From Patiria miniata (Eukaryota): DNA of 64,000 bases. Where the stretch lies: assembly GCF_015706575.1 (NCBI RefSeq), contig NW_024037061.1:1043897-1107896 (forward strand), in the 5' to 3' direction. The position numbers and the translations under genes were made by a program. Under the pieces are notes generated by a model. The model was given only the letters and a program-made list of their open reading frames with translations, was not told the DNA's origin and ran no database searches. Positions 9,521 through 20,127 of this stretch are shown here, piece after piece (within the stretch, counting starts at the first letter, position 1; each line of letters starts with the position of its first letter).

Positions 9521-12263
9521 ACACATCTCCTGCTTGTTCTTTATCCTGGTTGGCTGAAACGCGGTCACATGTGATTCACTTAATATGGGCTAGTGTGTGA
9601 AACTAGACGCGCGTCGAGACATCGCGCGAGCGTAATTTCCAGAGTATATAGCCCCTGATCGAGCACGTTTGACTGGTAACAGCGCCCTCTGACAAAACTC
9701 AAATTCAAAAATGTAATCTAGGGAAACTAAAAGCGAAGTTCCTTAAATTGTTGAATTGCTGACAGTTGAATTGCTTAGGAGTTAATTGTTGAATTAAAAC
9801 AGTTCAAGAATAAAACACTGAAAGGTTTCTTTTCTTATTTAATATTTTGGACAGAGATGAGTTATAAAACATGGATCTGGCATATTAATTCGGTCCCCAG
9901 TGCACATCTATGCCCCCTCGGGCCTGTGAGTGACCGGAAGAGCTAGGGTCCTATTATAGGACCCTCTTCTGGTCACTCACAGTCTCTCAGGGCGCAAAGA
10001 CTAGTGACCTCATATTGCCAGTCTATGTGTATAATATATTTTTCGTTATATTGAGTTTTTGTTCCTCGTAAATTGTGTTCAAGTTTTGTATCCTCTTGAA
10101 AGTGGAAGACATTGAGTCTTGAATTTGTTTGGTTTGTTTTGTTGTTGTTAATCACTGTAACAAAAAGGGATTTTAGAAGAGAATCTATTGTCATTGTTAT
10201 TAGGACAGAAAATTTAAATTGTGCCACGAGCACTGGACTTGAGGAGGGGGGTCAGAAGAACCCCCCCTAAAAAAAACACATCAACTGCACGTCCACTTTT
10301 TCCTCGCGATTGACATTTCAGTTTGACTAAATGTTTCCTATTCAACCGCTGTTTATAAGACATGAAAAGGTCCACCTCATAAAACCACCTTCCATCGACT
10401 GGCTATGGCCCTGATGATTTGTATTTTTCAGATGCTTTCAGGTTAAAAATGAAGGAATTATTACAAAGCAAAATTAATCCACTATGACACATAGTTTCAG
10501 AACAGAGGTTCGATTTGTTTTTGTAAACCATATGCGGAGGAATTGGAGGTTGGTGGCCTGAGCTTTATCAACTGATCACCCAACGGTAAAAGTTGGGGAA
10601 AGTCCCTTCGATACGACCGATGACCTCGAAGTTCATGGGCCAATGACGGGGAAAGCAGCGGGGGAGAATTGTCTTCGAATGATTGATGATTAAAACGCAC
10701 GCAAAGATGTAAATGTTCGTGTTATGCTTATGATTATGATTTATCTTGTCGTTGGAGACATTGATAGGTGTCGGCGATGCGTGCTTCGATCAAGCTTCTT
10801 AAAAAGTTGCAGGGTTTCAGACCTTTTAAAGCGCAACCCTCACACAGACTAGTCTATGCAATAGACCATAGACATTTGAGCAGATTCGCTGATTAATTGT
10901 ACAAGACAACCGCATCTTGACCTCTAGATTTTGACCAAACAGAAATAACGTTGGTTATAATGCTACACGGAACAGTACTATACTACACTAGCTCTACTGA
11001 GTGGAGCGTTGAATTACGGGTACCGCTCCATACAAACGCTCCACCGATTTGCCATACTTTGGTGACGGCGTCACAGTAGCATAGACACATACCCACGCGA
11101 GGACAAAAAGACCCCCCAAAAACCCGGTAAAGAGAATACAAATGAGAGAGACAGTTACCCTGGATTGATCTACACATTCATGACATTCCATCAGACCCCT
11201 TACATTGTTCCCAAACAGCGAAAATTTTGAAGAAAAACAGAAAAATAGTCTGAAAACTTACAGCCTCATGTGTTCGCCGTGAGGCTCAATCCTTGCACCG
11301 GTTTGCCGAATGAGGGCATCTGACGTGACGTCACCGTCGTTGCTCGATCGAAGAAAAACAAGTCGCGCTTTATCAACGACTGTTTCGTGTCATTCAATGA
11401 TACGTGCTCCGATCCGCGCCGTACGACAGTACGGGCTTTGAACACACCCAAGGAGCACGTATCATTACACGAAACAGTCTTTGATAAAGCGCGACTTGTT
11501 TTTCTTCGATCCAGCAACGACGGTGACGTCACGTCAGACGCCCTCATTCCGCAAACCGGTGCAAGGATTGAGCCTCACGGCGAGTCATTGAGCTGTAAGT
11601 TTTCAGACTATTTTGCTGTTTTTCTTCAAAATTTTCGCTGTTTGGGAACAATGTAAGGGGTCTGATGGAATGTCATGAATGTGTAGATCAATCCAGGGTA
11701 ACTGTCTCTCTCATTTGTATTCTCTTGAACGGTTTTTTGGGGGGTCTTTTTGTCCTCGCGTGGGTATGTGACTATATGCTACTGTGACGCCGTCACCAAA
11801 GTATGGCAAATCGGTGGAGCGTTTGTATGGAGGGGTACCCGTAATTCAACGCTCCACTCAGTAGAGCTAACTACACACACTACACACTACGGCGTTACTT
11901 TAGGCCTATTCGTACGTACTGCATGTGTTTCAAACAGGTGAACTGACACGAAAAAAACAAACATTTTGCACAAATATAATGTTTACACTATTAGGGAAAC
12001 TTAGTCTAATAGTTATCACAGATAACAAGGAAAACGTTAAAACAGATTGTAAAATGTAAATTCAGGTGAAAAGAGATCTTATCTATACGACGCCTTGACA
12101 TCTCGACAAGGCACGCAATAGGATGCACGCTAAGCGCGGACACTATTTGCAAGCTTCCGTAAACAATGTGACGTCATGGACGCATGACCAATCAGATCCC
12201 ATTATGCTAATTAGCGGACACTATTTGGCACCGGACGGTTTTTGGCACGACACCGGTACATGT
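9521..12263 (-). repeat. Right inverted-repeat arm of the composite element.
   Basis: Reverse complement of 2725-5457. It lacks the extra tandem units and the inner terminal-motif copy. Confidence 0.6.
10990..11879. repeat. The same palindrome P within the right arm.
   Basis: Mirror copy of 3115-3993. Confidence 0.7.
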
Positions 12264-12406
12264 AACCAATCGAGTTGCCAAAGCGCTCTGGTTGAAAGGG
12301 CAGTTATACATGTGATATATATTGACAATGGGTTTTTTTGCAATGCCATAACGACAACATTGACCAGCAGTTGAAAATCGCCATTTTTGACAGCTTCCAA
12401 GTTCCT

Positions 12407-12884
12407 AGCCCCATAAATGTGGCCTATTTACTGGACTACCTCCGTAAACATAGGCCACACATCCACATGTACAAAAACGTGTCGCACTTTGCCAAATTTT
12501 GATTTTCACATTTTAGGCTTAGTTGAAGGGTTTTTTTGGCTTTAGAAGCATACTCACCCTCTTTATAGGCTAATCAGAAAGTGCTGCCTTTTTCAGATGT
12601 CTAATTTTTGTGAAATTTCATGTTGAAATTTTGATACGCAAACGTGTGCAAATAAATCTGGAAATTTCACGAAAAATAGACATCTGAAAAAGGCAGCACT
12701 TTCTGATTAGCCTATAATTATAAAGAGGGTGAGTAGCCTATGCTTCTAAAGCCAAAAAAACCCTACAAACTAAGCCTAAATGTGAAAATCAAAATTTGGC
12801 AAAGTGCGACACGTTTTTGTACATGTGGATGTGTGGCCTATGTTTACGGAGGTAGTCCAGTAAATAGGCCACATTTATGGGGCT
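12407..12884. mobile_element. Foldback or hairpin MITE-like element: a perfect palindrome with arms about 215 bp and a central loop about 12625-12662.
   Basis: agccccataaatgtggcctatttactggac...gtccagtaaataggccacatttatggggct. A possible 9-bp TSD CCAAGTTCC sits at 12397-12405 and 12899-12907. Confidence 0.55.
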
Positions 12885-13252
12885 ACCAAGACTAAGTACC
12901 AAGTTCCATAACCACCATGACCACCATGACCACTGATAACGATAACCACTATGTAGGCCTAACGAGGCCCATTTAATTTGGCGATTGTGTACATGTAGTT
13001 ACAGGCCCCTCTTTAGTTTCGATCAAATTAGACTAGAGTCGCGTGTGATTTTTATCATTCTGTACGTACGTCATGTACGTTGCGTATGCGCTGCACTTTA
13101 CCGATCCGTAAAATTTGGGGACTTTCGACCTGTCTTTCTTTTCATTTTCAAGACATTTTTAAACGAACAAGTTATCATGTTGTCAAATGTCAATGTGGTT
13201 ACTTGATTTAACCCTTGATAAATAATCTCGTCTGAATTAAAATGAACCTTAC

Positions 13253-13342
13253 CAATAACGCCGCATGGGCTTTATCCGTGGGGAAAACGTGGTATTTCTG
13301 TCGAAGACGTCTCAAAAGTTGTCGCCCCATGCACGCCGCCAT
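13253..13342 (-). CDS. Candidate first coding exon (MAACMGRQLLRRLRQKYHVFPTDKAHAALL) of the same minus-strand gene. It would splice across about 11 kb to the exon at 2247.
   Basis: ATG in reasonable Kozak context (caatcATGg). 30 codons, then donor |gtaagg. Arg-rich N-terminus resembles a mitochondrial presequence. Phase 0 is compatible with the phase-0 acceptor at 2247. Only phase and position support the link. Confidence 0.25.
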
Positions 13343-15804
13343 GATTGCTTGGCCAAAAGTGGACGCTTGGTGGCGCTATATTTCCCGGGAATTCTTGCAC
13401 TTTTGGCATTTGGCGTGGCGCGCTCTAGCTAGCTGATCTGGCCAGCAGACCTTGACTCGACTCAAGGCTTGAAGTCATGCTCACAGTACTATGAAGAATA
13501 AATCCTTGATCGTACTGCTGATGTGTGAAATTTGATCCTTGAAACTGCCGATAACTTAATCAGGAGTCATCAGCGATCGTCGAGTTAAAAAAAGTGAATG
13601 GTGATGATATTTCCGCACTGACGTCTGTCCTCCAAGTTCCGGATCAAGCATTCAGCAAGCAAGCGCGAGTATGGCGGGCGTGGGCCGGTCGTGCAAGGGT
13701 GACATTTAGCAGCGTGATTCGGCTGGGCAGTTCAGGCCTAACGTCACTGCCAGACATTTTCAATGGCAACCAGCTCGTTAAATGGATCCTCGTCTGACTC
13801 TGAACTTCAGATAGACACTGAAAATGTTCAATTCAGGTAGGCATGTGGTGGTATGTTTTGTTTAGCCTAAAGTAAACCTAGGCGTAGGTGATTTCATTTT
13901 GTGTAAATCATGAATCAGTGTTTAGCTAATAAGTTTAACCATCCTTGTACTTAAAAGTTGTAGCATGTGCCAGATGAAAAAAATGTTGACTATGTAAATT
14001 AATCACAACAATGTTGGATGATGGCACGATTATTCTGATGAGAATTGCACATCTTGATTTTTGTGTGTTTTTTATCTGCGGAATGTTTTGCGGATTTCCT
14101 AATCTTAATCTTCATCTAGACTCTAGGCCTATGGGTAAAATCTGCTAAATACAAGTATATTACACCACAGCAGGCACCCAACTTAATTTTTTTTTTACAG
14201 AACAGTACCAACTACATGCCAAGCACTTGAGAAACATGTTGAGACGATCCCATCTTATAAAAAGTGTAGGCCATTGCCATAGTTTTTTTTAATAAATAAT
14301 AAGAATCAGATGGCTTTTTTTCTTCTTTTTTTCCACAACTAGTTTCAATAGAATTATGGTACAAATACAATACTCAGTAGCTCAAAACACTGGGAAGTGA
14401 ACAATGTAAAATTGTTTTTTCCTCGATATACTTTTTTTTGGAAAAAATGTTGCAACCTGACGCCCCTTGTTTCTTTCATTTTTAAGATAGCCAACAACCG
14501 TTGGTTTTTACACTGTTCAAAGATACAAATAATGAAACAGACATGCTGGACAAGAGAATTAAATATATTTACAGTGTTTTTAATAGTTTCCAGCATGGTT
14601 TTACAAGAATTAAAAAACACTGCGGCGCAGGCATTCTTGTCCACGTCAAGGCTGGTTTGGAGATCGCAGGGTCGACTGCATGCATGCCATGAGGTGACCA
14701 ATACAGTCTAGAATTAGAAGTTCCAACTTGCAAGTATTTGATTTTACGATGGATCGGTCGACATTTTTGCTTTTTTTTCAAAAAAAAGAGGAGTTGGCCT
14801 CCAAAAAGGAAGCGAGGGGGGACGCTAAACATGTTTTTAAATTTTTTTTTATTTGGCCGTATCAATGGAAACATTTTATTTTAAATGCTACCATTTTGCA
14901 ACGGGGCCCAGCATCAAAACCATGGCAAGTACATCACTGATGTATACATGTACTAAAAATCCCCACAGCTACATGGAGAATATTCAGATCCTTTTTGAAA
15001 TTTGAGTTAAATAAAAAAAAAAAATTAATCACTCATCAAAAAACTGGTACATGATGTACAATTTTAATATTAAAAACACTGTATACATGTACATGTACAC
15101 ACTCATTTTATATATATTGTTGAGGTTGAGCCGGTGTCATATGAAAATCGGACTCGTATGAAAATCGGACTCTTTTCCCCTTTTATTGGTTAAACCCTCT
15201 CACGTGACCGGTCCCTCTCCTAATTAGCAATGCATAAGCATGCGCAATACCACCAATGAGTCCGTATTTCATAAAACCTAAATTCATGCTACACCGGTAC
15301 ACCACATGAACAATGTGCACTGCAGCAAATTTGTGCAAAATATTGTACTACTGTAATTCATTATTTATAATTGATGAACATGTACACATGTACTACCCGA
15401 TACATGTATTTGTACTTGCTCATCATGTATGCAGACTGTACATGTACGTATGTGGTTATGTGTAGTGTATACCTGCACGTGTGCTTTGGTCTAGGATTTG
15501 GTTCCCGAAATTCAAGCCCAGATTTCTAAAATCTCTCAACCTAAGAAAAATCATAAACCACTGAATGATGAAAAATGAATTTGAAAACTGTACATGTACA
15601 TGTATCACATTTGCACATTGCACATTGTACATAGTTGGATTGATTTAAGTGTACACATGTACATGTGTATACATGTATGGCTGAGGCATTTATTATGGAA
15701 GTGATGTGTTTTAATTAAAACTAAATGTGTGAAATGTACACATATGTCAGTTTAGTATAATATTTTTTTTGCTGTAATTAACAGTCACAAATTTACTGAC
15801 ATTA

Positions 15805-16182
15805 GGCCCAAAAAAAAGAATAGTCGGTCTCTGGTCAGATCGAAGTTCCGGAATTGATGCGGCGACGCGTTTTTTTTTTTTTTGGTGGCTTTTTTTTTTT
15901 TTTTTCAAGCTTGAATTGTACAGACAAGGTGGGTATTATTTTGCTTTTTTGTGTCCTCATTATACATTGGTGTCTTCCATAATGTGCCTTGGTGCCCTTT
16001 ATCATTTGCCTTGGTGCAATTTCCCCATTCCTTGGTGCTCCTTGGTACAAAAATTTGAGGAGGTGCGGCAATAGAGGGCGCTGTTGTAGCTTCCGTGTTA
16101 ATTTGAAGGAAAAAAAAGGTTGCCGCGCATGATTAAAATCGACGCACGCGCTGACCAGAGACCGAGTATTTTTTTTTTGGCC
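15805..16182. mobile_element. MITE of about 378 bp with roughly 35-bp imperfect TIRs (ggcccaaaaaaaagaatagtcggtctctggtcag / ctgaccagagaccgagtatttttttttttggcc) and a TTA target-site duplication.
   Basis: The TIRs are readable directly. Flanks are atTTA|ggccc and ggcc|TTAcatg. A 3-bp TWA TSD is typical of PIF/Harbinger-type elements. Confidence 0.55.
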
Positions 16183-16926
16183 TTACATGCAGTTTGACCT
16201 ACCCCCCCCCCCACCCACCCCCATGCATATTTTCCTAATAAAGATATCAATGTTTATCACTAAAGATTTTTATGGTTTATTTGATAGAATTTGAATGAAA
16301 CTTTTGAATACGTTTGTAAAATTAAAAACATATATTTACAAACTGTATACAGGCTTGACATTGTTGTAAATTCACATTTATTGTATATTGAAACAAGATT
16401 TTTTTTTTTTACAAATTAATTAAAATGCTGGGGTTTAGTGACTTTTGGCTACCTGAAGTCAAATTGAAATGCAAGTTTTATTCGTCATTTTACAAGTTTA
16501 CCATTTGGACAAAATTTTGGTCAATTTGCACACCCGCAAATCTTACTCTAGTCTCTTGATCAATATTGAGTTGCACTCTGTCACCGGCCATGCATGTACT
16601 TTACATACAATTGTAAGTAGTAGTGCATTTATGTACAGTGTTAATATAGTGAACACATACCGGTACGGACAACTGTACAATGTCAGTTGCATTCCAACAG
16701 ATGCAAACATTGGTTGAATATCATTTGACCAGGTACCACTGAGTGAACTCTGACTTTTAAATTGCATAAGAAGGGCCCTAACCGACTGGCCCCGGTGGAA
16801 TTCATCAATACGGCGCGGGGGATGACGCAAACCCGCCTCCGCGGAAACTACATTTCAGCAGATGGGGTGGGGGGGGGGGGGGGGAGGACCACTGGGAAAT
16901 GGATAGGAGTAATAATGACGACTTAC

Positions 16927-17154
16927 GGAGGTTGCACTGTGGAGTAAAGAGGAGGGCGTGTAAGAGCATCGAGTTGCTCTTGGGATATCCCAGGTATCCA
17001 TGTTCAACATTTTGATCAGCAGGGTCGGACCGAGGCCTGTCCACATTCTTGTCGGATGGATTGCACCATGATCTCCAGGAATTTGGAAACCAGTTGCTAG
17101 CAAGATAAATTACCTTATGGAAATCAAGACATGGCATGTACTCTGTTACTGCTT
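16927..17154 (-). CDS. Candidate internal coding exon of an unidentified gene (EAVTEYMPCLDFHKVIYLASNWFPNSWRSWCNPSDKNVDRPRSDPADQNVEHGYLGYPKSNSMLLHALLFTPQCNL).
   Basis: Open 76-aa frame between acceptor ctttgcttcag| and donor |gtaagt. No family assignment. A competing internal donor exists (CATAAG|gtaatt). Confidence 0.2.
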
Positions 17155-17275
17155 CTGAAGCAAAGGAACAAAACGTCAGTTTCAAAAAATAAAAAATGTA
17201 CAGTAGGCCTATGTGATTAACAGTATGTAAAGTATGTATCTGAAAGGAAATTTTTTTATTAAAAACTGACATCTT

Positions 17276-17590
17276 TAACCCATAGGCCCTTTTTGCTAGG
17301 AACCATCCTCAAACCGTCAAAATCCTCCAAAACTTTGCACTTATGTTCAAATGAAGGATACAGCGCCTCAATCCTTCAAAATCGTCAGACAGTCCTGCCT
17401 CTCAAATTGCATTCATCCTCAATCCTCCAAAATCCTTCATTCATCCCAAATCCTTTAAAATCTCCTCTTCTTCAAACACCACTCAATCCTTCAAAATCCT
17501 CATGTGCTTCAACACCATCCATCCTCAATCCTCCAAAAATCCTCCGAAACCGCCATGAGGATTTTGGAGGATTGAGGAGAGTTAGGGTTA
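17276..17590. mobile_element. TTAA-flanked MITE family 1, copy A (partly diverged).
   Basis: Termini ttaaccc.../...gttagggttaa. Internal catcctcaatcctccaaaatcctc sub-repeats and the inverted ggaggattttggagg. Homologous to 28625-29021 and 35264-35703. Confidence 0.5.
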
Positions 17591-19866
17591 ATATCAGCTA
17601 AAATAATAATCCTTGTTTAAAATTTATTGTCCCACCCTCCCCCTTCTTGCTACGCCCCTGTGGGGTCTGTCGTACAATTAATAGGTGCATAAAGAGCCTA
17701 CTTACATGTATCATCAGAAAGTCTTAGAGAGAATTCAGCTGTCTGATACATGTTCATTGACCCAATGTTTTCAACAGCTCATTGCCGGGATAATTAAAAC
17801 GGAAAAATGAATTAATCAAAATTCTTCAGATTCACTATCAGAAACTGACTCTGAGTGAAACAAGCTGGCGCATGCAGCTAAACATTCCTTCCTGTGAAAA
17901 CGACAGATTTTAATGACGCACAATTATGGAATAGGTCATGAAATAGTTTACACTGATTAGGGGTTGCAGTTGTAGGACATGTGAATGGACATGGACACAA
18001 CTTAAAGGGGCACTGCGTCCTGAAATTCCCAAAAATTTCATATGGATTGTTTACTTATCCTATTTCAAACATTTGGTTGAAAGGAAACCAACCTAATGTT
18101 TTACCGTTCCCGAGAAAATGGGGCAGTATTTGAAAAAAAAGGTCAGTTTTTTTTCCAACGATGGTCAGCCAACCATCATTGGAAATTGATTCCACTTTTC
18201 TTGAAAATGACAGCACACCAGGTGCCATGATTTGTCAGGATGCTTGAGACCATTATTCGTACTGTCAAGTAAAGTACCGGTACTTCAGAATAATTTGGTC
18301 ATTTTGTTTTTTGATGTTTGAAAATGTATTATTACCTTTAAACTCAGTGGCAGGGTAGCAAATCTGAGGTTGTTTCGATGCCCAGATAACTCCCATACAT
18401 GTGTACTGTTGTGTGAAATGATTAATCTTAACAGTCGACCACCTTCGTGTATGTGCAGCTGTCTTTCAATGCATTCCAAGGCCTGAAACTTTTGAGGTGT
18501 TAATGCAATCAAAATAAAATTAATGCATGAACAATTTATTGATTTGAGGCAGGTGAATTTTTTGTTGGTGTGCTTATGAATGCTTTATTTTTGTCTTTGG
18601 AATGTTTGCTGATTGAAGAATATCCCTGTTTGCAAATATTGATCTAGTTCTATCCGGTAATTAGTCTGGTTGACGTACTTTGGCCACTCGTTAAAATTTT
18701 CAATATTGACTCAACGTTTTTCGTTAGGAGAATAGTGAAATTTAAACAAACCCTTATTAGTAACGCACAAAACACCTCCAAAAAGAAGATAGAATAACAT
18801 TCAGAAGGACTGACATAAGATCCAAAAACGAACTTTTTCAAAGGCAAAATAAAAACAACTAACACGACTAGGCAAGCCTTACAAGTAATAAAGCTGGTCC
18901 CAGAGTCCACTATTCAATAGGGAGGATTCACATCACCACTAAACTGTCGCTAGAGGGCTAAAATCCAGAGAAAATTGCGCTGCATTTGTGGAAAAAAGTC
19001 AACATTGCGCGACTCCGTTACATGCAAATGTAGCGATCATGCACAGTTCTTAAAACTTAATTATACCTTGTTCACGCTTTCATTCAAATCTTGTAACTTA
19101 ACTCCCTCTTCTTGTTACTACATGGCATGTCACGATCATTCAAAAATTTCTTCAGTTCGTCGACTCACGTCGATATGTTCTTGCTGGATGTCTGCCGTCT
19201 TCAAAGCGCAGTAACATGTCGCGTAGGCCCTACCAATGTCCACCCGCTAGCCGGAAATGGACCTTTTTGGAAATAAACTTTGGGGCACACCGTATTCCGA
19301 ATCGCCTCTTTTTATTCAGAAGGTAAGAGGGTGGCCCTATATAATAGTATTGCGCGACTCTCTCCCCCACTAGTGTACAACCATTCTACAAATAAATCAA
19401 GAGTGAAAGTTACATGTAGTTTCATTCAGTCAGTCAGTCCGTTCGTCAATCAGTCACTGAGTCAGATAGACCTGTACAAAGAGGACAGTATGTAGGCTGG
19501 CCTTCTGGGACTAGCAACAACTTTTTAAAAAGACACAAATTGATTTGGTAGAATCTTCCCTTTGAAACAATTTGTAGAGTATGACCCTTTTTTTGGAATG
19601 ATTTGTAGACTTTTCCTCACATAGCCTGTTCTGTTTTTGTTTGTTTGCATGCCCAACAGATAGCGTCCAGTAACTGGACATGTTTTCAGCATCAACTTTT
19701 CAACATCAAGTTCACTAACCTGAAAGTGCAACACTAATTTGACCCCAAAGACATTCGCAAGATTGTCGTCAAACCAAGCAAGTGGCATGGTACGTGTAGT
19801 CCCCCGTCTCCAGGTACTTTGATAACAGTGCATGCTGATGTGAGCCCTTGACTAACAATAACCGCG

Positions 19867-20127
19867 ATGCTTTTTACGGTGTGCTACGCTTATCTGACGT
19901 TCTCCACGGCTTGGCGTGACTACAGGCAGAAGGCCAAGGTGATGAACGCACTGCGTTGCCATGGCAGCAAGGCCAGCATCGCATTTCGCAAGATCCTCCA
20001 GGAGGGCGTGGTCAGCGAGGGAGACAAGACGAGGGCGTCGTTTCTTTGCGAGATTGGAGAACAGCCTGTCATCTCTCAGCTTCTCGGCGAGAAGAGAGGC
20101 AAACAGATGCTTGTGGTTCATCCGAAG
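19867..20127 (+). CDS. HLCS: HLCS putative first coding exon.
   Basis: ATG at 19867. Open 87 codons. Donor AAG|gttggt. Phase 0 matches exon 2. The N-terminus is poorly conserved, so the link is weaker than for later exons. Confidence 0.4.

Larger units (their letters stand above)
2725..12263. mobile_element. Composite foldback-like non-autonomous element, about 9.5 kb. Giant inverted-repeat arms (left 2725-5457, with extra tandem units to 6910; right 9521-12263) flank a 2.6-kb unique core that carries a gene.
   Basis: Left end acatgtaccggtgtcgtgccaaaaaccgtccggtgccaaatagtgtccg is the exact reverse complement of the right end ...cggacactatttggcaccggacggtttttggcacgacaccggtacatgt. The arms are about 99% identical: mirror ORFs 3806..4000 and 10983..11177 differ by 1 aa. 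No transposase ORF is present. Confidence 0.6.
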
